DNA of 64,000 bases from Candidatus Latescibacterota bacterium (GTDB lineage: Bacteria > Latescibacterota > UBA2968 > UBA8231): contig OZ241867.1 of the NCBI GenBank assembly GCA_965203175.1, positions 5,952,001 to 6,016,000 of the forward strand, in the 5' to 3' direction. A program made the position numbers and the translations under genes. A model generated the notes under the pieces. That model searched no databases, was not told where the DNA came from, and was given only the letters and a program-made list of their open reading frames with translations. Each line of letters starts with the position of its first letter. Within the stretch, counting starts at the first letter, position 1. Positions 27,996 to 37,100 of this stretch are shown piece after piece.

Positions 27996-29021
27996 ATGAC
28001 AGACACACCTACTTTCGCGGAGGTGGAAGAGGCCGAGGCGTTTATCGGTGCCCATCTCGCGCCGACGCCGCTCGTCCACTGCTATAAGCTCTCGCAAATG
28101 CTGGGCTGCTCCTACCACGCCAAGTGCGAGAACTTGCAGCCCGTGGGAGCCTTTAAGGTGCGCGGCGGTGTCAACCTCATCGGGCGCTTATCCCCTGCCG
28201 AGCGGCAGCGGGGCGTCATCAGCGCGAGCACCGGCAACCACGGCCAGTCGCTGGCGTACGCCGGCCAGCTCTTTGACACGCCAGTGATCATCTACGGACC
28301 GGAGCGCGCCAGCAACCCGGCCAAAGTCGCGGCCATGCGCGCCCTCGGCGCAGAAGTCCGCCTCGTTGGCCGCGATTTTGACGAGGCGCGCGAGGAAGTC
28401 GAGCGCGAAGCGCGCCGCACGGGCTGCCGCTACGTGCACTCGGCCAACGAGCCGTTGCTGATCGCCGGCGTGGGCACCATGGGCTTGGAGATTTTTGCCG
28501 CCCTGCCCGATGCGGAAGCGCTGATTGTGCCCGTCGGCGGCGGCAGCGGCATCTGCGGCATCTCGCTCGTCGCCCGCCACCTAAACCCATCCGTCGAGAT
28601 CATCGGCGTACAAAGCGAGAGCGCTCCGGTCTGCTACCGGGCTTGGCAACAGCGGCGGCTCGACGTGGAAGCCCCCATGGCCACGCGGCACGAGGGGCTA
28701 GCCACGCGCGTGCCCTTTGCGATGACCTCGCACATGATGTGGGAACTCGTCGATCACTTCGAGCTCGTCACCGACGAAGAAATAGACGCGGCCATTGGTC
28801 TGTTGGCGCGAGAGGCCAAGCTAGTAGCCGAAGGAGCCGGAGCCGCATCACTAGCCGCGGCCCTGAAAATTCGCGACTCTTTGGCCGGCAAAAAGGTAGT
28901 CGGCATCCTCAGCGGCGGGAACGCACCCGCCGATCACTTAGCACGGATTTTGCAAAGTCAACCACTGACGGCTAAAGCGCGTCAGCTTGTCCCTGACCGT
29001 TACCCCGCCGCCGCGGAGTAG
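27996..29021 (+). CDS. PLP-dependent threonine/serine dehydratase; C-terminus now encoded by the IS right end
   Basis: KCENLQPVGAFKVRG, ASTGNHG, PVGGGSG, AEGAGA, LSGGN. Confidence 0.92.
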   Translation: MTDTPTFAEVEEAEAFIGAHLAPTPLVHCYKLSQMLGCSYHAKCENLQPVGAFKVRGGVNLIGRLSPAERQRGVISASTGNHGQSLAYAGQLFDTPVIIYGPERASNPAKVAAMRALGAEVRLVGRDFDEAREEVEREARRTGCRYVHSANEPLLIAGVGTMGLEIFAALPDAEALIVPVGGGSGICGISLVARHLNPSVEIIGVQSESAPVCYRAWQQRRLDVEAPMATRHEGLATRVPFAMTSHMMWELVDHFELVTDEEIDAAIGLLAREAKLVAEGAGAASLAAALKIRDSLAGKKVVGILSGGNAPADHLARILQSQPLTAKARQLVPDRYPAAAE

Positions 29022-30134
29022 GCCGAAATTTTAGGCGCATTGACAGACGCCCTTGCCCGGATGTTCCGGGCGGCGTTGTAATCGGCGTGAGCGTGATGCC
29101 CACACTGCTTACAACGAAACTGGGATTGACAGGAGCGATTACCGCGCTCGACATGTCCACATTGAGAGCACATCTGAGAGGTGTACTGGGGATCGACGAT
29201 CTTGAGCAACACGCCAGCCAGCTCCGCTTTGTAGCTGACAAACTGGCGAAGCTGGTCAAATCCCCAAGACCCCATGCGGTTGCGTTGCGGCTTGCGAAAC
29301 CGGATCCGGTCGCGGAGGCCCTTGAGCTCTTCCAAGGATATGCCGCGCCCGGTGTCTTTGGCCTTCGCAACGAGTCGCTTAGAGATACAGTGGTTGGTAT
29401 TCCGACGAAACCGCGCCTCGCGGTCGCCGATGCGTTTGAGCTTCTTACGGATGCGCTTACGCCGTCGCGCATTAGCAGCCAGATCAGCCGCCGACTGAAG
29501 GGCTTGCTTGAGCGTCTGGTTCTTGACGCGCACACGCTCTACATCTTCGCCGGTGTGTTGTTCTCCGTCCGAGTCGGTGGCAAGGTTCTCGATACCCAGA
29601 TCAACACCGAGGAAATCGTCAGAATCACACGGCGGCTCCGGCTCATGCTCGACGGTGGCCATGAGAAACCACTTGCCATCCTTGCGGCGGACCAGTTCGG
29701 CAAACAGCTTGACGTTACCAAACTGCTCGGCTTGATAGTCTCCCATCACCATCGGGATGTCATGCCGGTTTCCATCCGCCGTCTTGATGTTGAGGGCTTC
29801 CAAGCCCTTGTAACGAAAGGCTCCCTTGCGATACGGGATTGCCGCCAGGGGACGAAACGACACCTGCTTAGACTTGTCGCGCTTGTAGTTGGCTGCCACT
29901 TGAGCAAAGGTCAGAATAGCGATGTCCGCCGGAAGATCAAACACTTCTCGAACCTCGTAGTAATACAGCTTGTGCAACGCATAGCGGTTGGCAAGCTGAC
30001 GCTCAAAGGCTTTCTCGGCCACCCAAGTACACGCAGCATTAAACCGGCGCATCGTCTCTTCGAGCGCGTCAGCCTGCTCAGGTGTAGGCAGGAGCTTGAT
30101 TTGTATAACTCGTTTCACAATAGAAAATATAACC
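28957..30134 (-). mobile_element. IS200/IS605-family (IS1341-like) tnpB-only element
   Basis: Right-end hairpin GTCAACCACTGACGGCTAAAGCGCGTCAGCTTG from 28957; tnpB; no tnpA; left boundary inferred. Confidence 0.75.
29000..30118 (-). CDS. tnpB: RNA-guided endonuclease TnpB
   Basis: RuvC D (LGVDLG), E (SLEEL), D (HADYNAARNI); Zn ribbon CSQC...CKQC; probable GTG start 30118. Confidence 0.95.
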   Translation of the reverse strand: MKRVIQIKLLPTPEQADALEETMRRFNAACTWVAEKAFERQLANRYALHKLYYYEVREVFDLPADIAILTFAQVAANYKRDKSKQVSFRPLAAIPYRKGAFRYKGLEALNIKTADGNRHDIPMVMGDYQAEQFGNVKLFAELVRRKDGKWFLMATVEHEPEPPCDSDDFLGVDLGIENLATDSDGEQHTGEDVERVRVKNQTLKQALQSAADLAANARRRKRIRKKLKRIGDREARFRRNTNHCISKRLVAKAKDTGRGISLEELKGLRDRIRFRKPQRNRMGSWGFDQLRQFVSYKAELAGVLLKIVDPQYTSQMCSQCGHVERGNRSCQSQFRCKQCGHHAHADYNAARNIRARASVNAPKISAYSAAAG

Positions 30135-30162
30135 ATTAGGCCGTCCCCAAGCGAGAACTTTT

Positions 30163-31851
30163 ATGGCTAAACAACCCAAGCGCAAAAAGAGCCGTCGCCG
30201 GGGTGCCACCGCGCGCGCCAATGCCGAGTTGGGCGCGCACATGGCATCGCTGGGCCTAGAGGCCATTGAAGCCTATAAGGTCTGGTGCCGCCAGCACGGG
30301 TTTAGCGCGGCCCTGAGCAAGACTTGGCAAGAGCGGAGGCAAGAGCGCGCCGCGCACCAGCGCGACCAACAGGCCGCCCAAGCCGAAGAAGCCGTGCGGC
30401 AACACGTCGCGCAACTGGGGTTAGACGGAGTGGCCGCCTATCAGACGTGGTGTCGGCAACAAGGACTCGGCGACGCCATCCACAAAAGCGACGCCCAGCG
30501 CAGCAAGGAGGTCAAGCTCCACCAGCAGATCCAGAGTACCCAAGCCCTGCACAAGGGCCGCAAGCACAGCCGGCGCACCAAAGACATCATTCACCAGCTC
30601 TGGGCCGGAGCCATCGCCGAGGAAGAGTTGCGCACCGAGGTCTTGCGCCTGATCCATCGGGCCTTTGTGGGCTTGGCGGGCGACCAGCGGGCGCAGCTAC
30701 GGGATTTGCTCTTGCACGTAGAGAAGCGGTCATCCAATCTGCTCGACTCGCGGCCAGCTCTCCACCGCTTGGGACGAGTGGAGGGCAATACCTTCGTCGA
30801 GGCCCTCGGCGCATTGGCACGACACAGCGACGCTTGGCAGCAGTCGCCGTCCGAGTGGAAGCCAGACAGCCGCAATCCCCGACGGCAATTCGCCGCGCTG
30901 GTCCGCTTCCTATTGGCTCGCTACGACGTGCCGACTTGCTTGGATTCGGTGTGGTTTGGCGGCTGGGACCCAGAAGCCCAACGCCAACAGGGGTGGTTCG
31001 TCCACGTGGGCAGCGGGCAGAACATCCGCACGGCCGATCTGCCGTTGGTACTCTCAAAGCGCATGGCACACGTCTTTGCCGAGGCACCGAGCGAACTGAC
31101 GGCGACCGAGGCCCTGCGCTGGGCGCAAGTGATGGGACAGGGAGGCAGTGAGATGTTGGCGCAGGCCGTAATAGCCACGGAATTGGGTCGCAGTTTCGCC
31201 GACGAATCCTTCTGGAGCACAGTCGTACTCTTCCTCGTCGAAAACCCCATGCTCGACCCGGACATGGTGGGGCCAATCGTCGATTATATCAACCATCAGA
31301 AATTCGTCCCCACTGAGGAAGGCGAGCCACCCCAACCCAATTACACCATGAAGGGACGCAGCGCAGTCAAGCTCCTGAGCCAAGTCGAGGAATGGCACGA
31401 GCGCTTAGCTCGCGACAACCGCCAGCCCGGCGGGAGTTGGGAATCGTCGGGCATCGCGGGCTTTGAGTGGATGGACGACAAAGAGGAAGGGCTGCGTTGG
31501 ACCATCCGCGAGCTTACTTCCAAAAAAGACCTCTCGTTGGAGGGACGGGCGATGAACCACTGCGTCGCCTCCTACGTGCCCAACTGCCGTCGGGGCAGCA
31601 AGTCGGTATGGTCGATGCAGGTCGATGCAGAGGGCCACAGCGCCCGCGTGGTGACGATTGCCATGCACAATCCGAGCCGCAGAATCGTCGAGGTGCGTGG
31701 GCGCTTCAACGCCGTGCCACGGCAGTCGGGAAAAAATCCAAGAAACAAGACATTGGAGCGGCCCTATCGATCGCTGCTGGCGCGCTCTGGTACCGTGTTG
31801 CGGAAATGGATTGAGGCCGAGGAACTGGAGCGGACGACGCGGGCATATTAG
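30163..31851 (+). CDS. PcfJ-domain protein
   Basis: EWHERL...EL...DLSLEGRAMNHCVASY...SVWSM...IVEVRGRFN. Confidence 0.78.
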   Translation: MAKQPKRKKSRRRGATARANAELGAHMASLGLEAIEAYKVWCRQHGFSAALSKTWQERRQERAAHQRDQQAAQAEEAVRQHVAQLGLDGVAAYQTWCRQQGLGDAIHKSDAQRSKEVKLHQQIQSTQALHKGRKHSRRTKDIIHQLWAGAIAEEELRTEVLRLIHRAFVGLAGDQRAQLRDLLLHVEKRSSNLLDSRPALHRLGRVEGNTFVEALGALARHSDAWQQSPSEWKPDSRNPRRQFAALVRFLLARYDVPTCLDSVWFGGWDPEAQRQQGWFVHVGSGQNIRTADLPLVLSKRMAHVFAEAPSELTATEALRWAQVMGQGGSEMLAQAVIATELGRSFADESFWSTVVLFLVENPMLDPDMVGPIVDYINHQKFVPTEEGEPPQPNYTMKGRSAVKLLSQVEEWHERLARDNRQPGGSWESSGIAGFEWMDDKEEGLRWTIRELTSKKDLSLEGRAMNHCVASYVPNCRRGSKSVWSMQVDAEGHSARVVTIAMHNPSRRIVEVRGRFNAVPRQSGKNPRNKTLERPYRSLLARSGTVLRKWIEAEELERTTRAY

Positions 31852-31955
31852 GGAAGCGTACGTTTGGACATAGAAAAGTATTCGTTATTCTGCTCGCGTT
31901 AGGACAACAAAAGAAACCAGCGCACGCTTATTATCCATCGCCAAGGAGAGCCAAC

Positions 31956-33800
31956 ATGACCGCTAAGTTACTACTTGCCACGTGCTGCTCCCTCGTACTC
32001 AGCGTCCCAGCGGCCCGCGCCTGCGGTGGCTTCTTCTGCACCACGGTTCCCATGAACCAAGTCGCCGAAAACATCCTCTTCATCCAAGGAGACGGCACGG
32101 TCACCACCCACGTCCAAATCCAGTACAGCGGCACAGCCGCGGACTTTGCATGGATCCTGCCCCTGCCGACGGTGCCCGAGCTCGCCGTGAGCCACAACCA
32201 AATTTTCACCCAATTGCAGCGTGCGACCCAGCCGTCGTTCCAGTTGAACTTCCAATGGGATGTTGGCTGTCAGTTTGAAATTTTTACCGCCGAAACCGGA
32301 GAGAGCTCTACACCTGATGTGTTGATCGCCTCCGAGGAGCGCGTCGGCCCCTACGACACGGCAGTCATTTCCTCTGAAGATGCCCAAGCCGTCGTCGATT
32401 GGCTAGTGGAAAACGGCTATCAACTCGGCGACCTCGGGGTCGAGCTTTTGACGCCCTACGTGGAAGAGGGCTTCTACTTCTTGGCGCTCAAGCTCGCGTC
32501 GGACCGCGATGTCGGCGACCTGCAACCCATCGCCGCGACCTATGCGGCCGACGCGCCCGGCATCCCCATCCGCCTCACTGCCGTAGCCACCGAGCCAGAC
32601 CTAGGCATCCTCACATACATCTTGGGCGAGCACCGCGCCGTCCCTACCAACTACCGGCACGTGCAGATCAACCAAGCAGCCGTCGATTGGTTCTCTGGCG
32701 GCTTCAACTACCCAGATGTCGTCACACAGGCCGCCAACGAGGCCGGGGGTCAAGCGTTTGTCACCGACTACGCTGGACCCAGCCAGATCGTCCGCGACTT
32801 TTTCTGGTGGAGATTCGACCTAGCGCAATTGCGCCAGCAGGATCACCCGGCCGATTTTCTCAACGCAGCCCTACGGCAGGGTTTCCCGCCTGACGCCCAG
32901 ATGCAGACCCTGCTCCGCCGCCACATTCCGATGCCGCCAGCCGTGCTCGAAGAAGGAGTGCTCGAAGTGATGTTTGCCGGCAACCGCGAAGTCTATGAGC
33001 AAGCGCGAGAGGAAGGCCGGCTCCAAGGCGTCGCCGAACGCTCCTTCTACAACAACATGCGCGCCTACGACCGCTGGATTGCCGATCTTGCCTTTGACGC
33101 CAACGCCTTTGTCGATGACTTGGAGCGCATCGTGGTCGAGCCGTTGGAAAGCGTACGGCAACTCTTGGAGGAAAAGCCCTATCTCACCCGGCTCTACACC
33201 ACCCTTTCGGCCGACGAGATGACCCTCGATCCCATGTTCGCCTACAATCCCGACCTGCCCGCCGTCAGCAATGTCCACGCTGCGGACGCTTATTGGGATT
33301 GCGCCGACCCGGAGACGACGCCGTTCGAAGAATGGGAGCTCGTCGTCTCCTTGGCCGACGGCCGCGAACTCCGCACGCTTCCGTTTGCATTTGACGACCC
33401 GCTCCGCGTGCCCGTCGGCCAGCCGGCCGCTGCGATCATCGAGCAGCTAAGCACCTCCGGCCCGCCCCAGGTCATCCGCGCCCTCCCCACGGCCATAGAA
33501 GCTACGGCTAGCCCGACTCCGGCTAGCTGGTCCCTCTTGCCCAACTACCCCAACCCCTTCAATGCGGGCACGATCTTGCCCTTTCTCGCGCCCGACTCTG
33601 CGCCCGCCGCCCTACACATCTACAATCTCCACGGGCAGAAGGTGCGCACCCTCACCACCGACCAAGTCGCAGCCGGGTACGCTGAAGTCGCTTGGGATGG
33701 CCGCGACCACAGCGGCCACGTAGTGGCCAGCGGCGTATATCTTTATCGTTTAGAAACCGAAGAAGTGGAATTGACACGCAAGTTGCTCTTTTTGCGCTGA
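31956..33800 (+). CDS. Secreted DUF2330 protein with FlgD-Ig/T9SS-like C-terminus
   Basis: ARACGGFFC, FAWILPLP, WLVENGY, PIRLTAVA; PNYPNPFN...WDGRD...SGVYLYRL. Confidence 0.85.
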   Translation: MTAKLLLATCCSLVLSVPAARACGGFFCTTVPMNQVAENILFIQGDGTVTTHVQIQYSGTAADFAWILPLPTVPELAVSHNQIFTQLQRATQPSFQLNFQWDVGCQFEIFTAETGESSTPDVLIASEERVGPYDTAVISSEDAQAVVDWLVENGYQLGDLGVELLTPYVEEGFYFLALKLASDRDVGDLQPIAATYAADAPGIPIRLTAVATEPDLGILTYILGEHRAVPTNYRHVQINQAAVDWFSGGFNYPDVVTQAANEAGGQAFVTDYAGPSQIVRDFFWWRFDLAQLRQQDHPADFLNAALRQGFPPDAQMQTLLRRHIPMPPAVLEEGVLEVMFAGNREVYEQAREEGRLQGVAERSFYNNMRAYDRWIADLAFDANAFVDDLERIVVEPLESVRQLLEEKPYLTRLYTTLSADEMTLDPMFAYNPDLPAVSNVHAADAYWDCADPETTPFEEWELVVSLADGRELRTLPFAFDDPLRVPVGQPAAAIIEQLSTSGPPQVIRALPTAIEATASPTPASWSLLPNYPNPFNAGTILPFLAPDSAPAALHIYNLHGQKVRTLTTDQVAAGYAEVAWDGRDHSGHVVASGVYLYRLETEEVELTRKLLFLR

Positions 33801-33827
33801 TCAGCGCAAGTTGCATTTACATCATAA

Positions 33828-34133
33828 ATGAGGCTTACGATGGAGACGCTTAAAGCTCACCTTGAAGGCAAGCTTCAGAATGATCGCTTTCGCAAGCTGT
33901 TTTCAGAAGAAAAGCAGTTGGCCCAGCTTTCGATGCAAATACTTGAGGTTCGACAGCGCCTTGGCTTGTCCCAGCGAGAAGTCGCGGAAAAAGCGAAAGT
34001 TACTCAGCAGCAGCTATCCAAACTGGAGCATGGAGCCAATTGCAATGTTTCGACGTTTCTCAAGGTCTGCAACGCATTGGGTGTACTCGTCGCATTAGAA
34101 ACGCCAGAGTTCGTGGAGGAGCCTGTCGTATAA
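33828..34133 (+). CDS. XRE-family HTH protein (orphan antitoxin-like)
   Basis: LGLSQREVAEKAKVTQQQLSKLE. Confidence 0.82.
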   Translation: MRLTMETLKAHLEGKLQNDRFRKLFSEEKQLAQLSMQILEVRQRLGLSQREVAEKAKVTQQQLSKLEHGANCNVSTFLKVCNALGVLVALETPEFVEEPVV

Positions 34134-34174
34134 CAGCGCAGTTTCTTATAGCGGGTAAGAACGCCTTGACCACC

Positions 34175-37100
34175 CTAACTCGGCACGTATTTTGGCCAAG
34201 GACCTACACCCGCAAAAATCTGACGGTCCAAAAAGTTCTTGTCGAGCTTGTCCTCGCGCTTCTTCAAAGCACGCTTTAGCTTCTCTTGATTAAGTCGAGC
34301 ATGGATCATCTTGAGCTTGAAGAAGTCGTCCGATTCTTGCGCCGCTTCAATATCTTGATTCATCCACGCCCAACAACGACGATCCGCCGAGCTTAAAAAT
34401 AAAACCCAAGCAGCGTAAGCCTCAGTCGGATCAGAGGATGCAAGATAGTTTAGCCACCAGTGTCGGGCACACGCCTCGGCCCACCTATGACGTGCTGCTT
34501 TCTGGGCAAGATCGGCATAGCCCGTTTTGATTTCTCTATCAGGCCAAGCACCCTCAACCGGTAACGTATTGTTCACGGTGAATCCCGCGAGGACTGCGGC
34601 GCGTTTCCGTCGCCAAGCGAATTTCGATGCTCGATCTTGCTCAATGAAAGTGGTGAGCCAATCGTCCTTACTGTTGTAAGCCACAGCGATTGCCAGATTG
34701 AATAGAGCCTGATCAGTATGGCAATGTTCCAACTCAACCAACTCCTTTCGGAGCGCCTTTACCGCCGGTGAGTCTGGAACCCGAAATACCATGTGTAAGA
34801 GATCCTCTACGCCTCCAACACCGATGTATCGCGTTATCGTGGTCGCACGCAGGGTGTTCCATAACGGTGCGCCCTGCTCAGGGTCGTGTGCAAGAAGAGC
34901 CTCACAGAGTGCTAGAAAGACACGTTCCTGAAACTTCGTCGTGGGTTCAGAGAATCCCTCAAGCCATTGTTCGACGATATCTGGTGCATGTTGCAGAACA
35001 GGTACGAAATCCTCCGCACAGTAGGGGATGGTCTTCGAGCTATTCCTCCCATCAAGCAATTGACCGAAGGTTTTAGCCGCCAGCCTTACCTCGGTAGGGT
35101 TTGAGTCACGTTGACGAACAGCTTCCAGTAACCGCCAAGGTGCAAGTCGTGATGCTAACTGGTCGAAAGGAAGAGTCGGCGTGGCTTTGATAAGAGCGGC
35201 CATTCCGTAATAGTTGACCCGGTCATGCTCGTCCTGGTTCCAAGACCAACCGTCAGCCTCAAGCATTTGACCGAACCGCATTGGGTCAGCATGGGTTAGA
35301 ATACGGAATGCAAATCCGCGAGAATTATTGTCTTGACATTTCGCACATCTTTCAACCCATGACCAAGCCGTGTCCGTGAGTTCAATCGGAAGGATCGACA
35401 ATAGAGTGAGCAGATCGCGTTGCTGTTTGAGTGAGCCATCGGCATGGCGAGCGATCAGGACATCAACATCAGCCGGTGTCGGAGGACGCAAGATTTTGGC
35501 GAACTTGGTCGAGATGTACTTCAAATCCGCATGAATCAATTCGTCGAATTGGTCCTGTGCGTCCAGATTTCGGAGCTCTATCAACAGGAGGTTATTGGCG
35601 TCAGAAGCATCATCATCTTCATCCTCTACACTCAGACGTAACGCTCTCGCTGCTGCCGCCTCATCCTCGCTCGCCAGCACTAGGTGATCGGTAGCATGGA
35701 TAGCACTCCAGTGCCGAGACTCCGGCGGACAGGTAGCCATACTCCGCATCTTGCGACGGATTAGATCCGCGAGCAGATCCGGCGCACATCGAGCCAGCAC
35801 CGGTTCCAGTTCTTCAAAGTCATAGTCCTCAGAAGTGAGAGCACCGTGTCGGTTCAACTTCTCAACATCAATACAGGTTGCTGCGGCGCGAACTTCTGCA
35901 ACAAAGCTCGCTGGCGGTTCAAAATTCGGCTCAAGCCATAGCTCTTCTGTTCGCTGTACGCGGGAGAGTAGAGGCAGTTCCGTGTCGGCGAGGACGCTGT
36001 GTGCATGTCGCCGCTCCAGCGGGAACCAGCTTCGGCCGGGCTGTGGCAGATAGTCCTTCTCATAGGTGAGCGGGTGGTCAATGCCAGGATCCATAGACAC
36101 AGCAGCGTCCTCGTCTTCGTCCTGACCTGTCAGCCACAACAGAAGTGCAGCAATGCGCTTCGGAAGATCCGGATGTACGCCCTGTTCTGGCTGGCGGCGG
36201 CTGATTTCTTCTGACAAGCCGCGTAAAGCCGTCGCCGTTTCATCGGAATCAACTTCGTTGAGCAGACAGAGCCACTTCAGGCCATCCCAGCAACTACTGC
36301 GGTCTCCGACCGCTAACGCAACGGCCGCTGTCTCGAAAATCGGCAGTGCGTTAGCCAACGGAAAACCTTCGATGATCAGAGGCACCACAGCTTTCAGCAA
36401 ATTAAAGGATTGATCAACCTGTTCGAGTTCAACTCCTATGACCGTAATCGACCCCAAGGTATCGCTACCAATCAGGCGTTTAAGCCTATCAGGCTGCCTA
36501 TCGCCGTCACAGGAGACAACGCTCAGCCAGCGGCAGGACCGTTCGACAATCATATCAAGGACTGCGCTGTCGTCTCGCGAAATTTTGCTCAGCGCGTTCA
36601 CGGCCCAAAATCTAGCGGAATCGTGAGCGTGACTGTCCGAATGCTCCACCGCGTCGAGTAGAGCATTCGGGAGTTGCGGAGCGAGATCGGCAAGTTCTTG
36701 GCGATGCTCGTCCGGTATATTCTGGCTTTGCAGCCATGCCGTGACAAGCACTCCGGGGACGGGTGCTTTTGCCACACATCCCTGCTCTACCAAAATTGAT
36801 ACTGCTGCACGCAGGATTTCCGTTTGTTCATCAAGACCCGCGATAGGATCGAGCCATTTCGTCAACTCGGCATTCAAATTGTCGAATTTTGGAGAGGTTA
36901 CTTGATCAAGGGAATTCAGAAGCGCAACGCCGAGGGCATGTGCAATGACCGCAGGAGCGAGTTGCACGCCCGATGCGTTACGTGTAGCGAACCGACCGTC
37001 AATTATGTCGCTGAGTCGTGTGTACACTTCGCTTACAGTGAAGTCAGGACGATCCACCGTTTCACCGAGCGACTTAATTGAGTATTCTTTGATACCGTTA

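Noticed and set aside
29087-30139. 350-aa plus-strand ORF antisense to tnpB
   Set aside because: Codon-aligned shadow of tnpB with no recognisable motifs or RBS.
33801-34144. CAGCGCA(A)GTT on both sides of the HTH gene as a target-site duplication
   Set aside because: Too short and imperfect to distinguish from chance.
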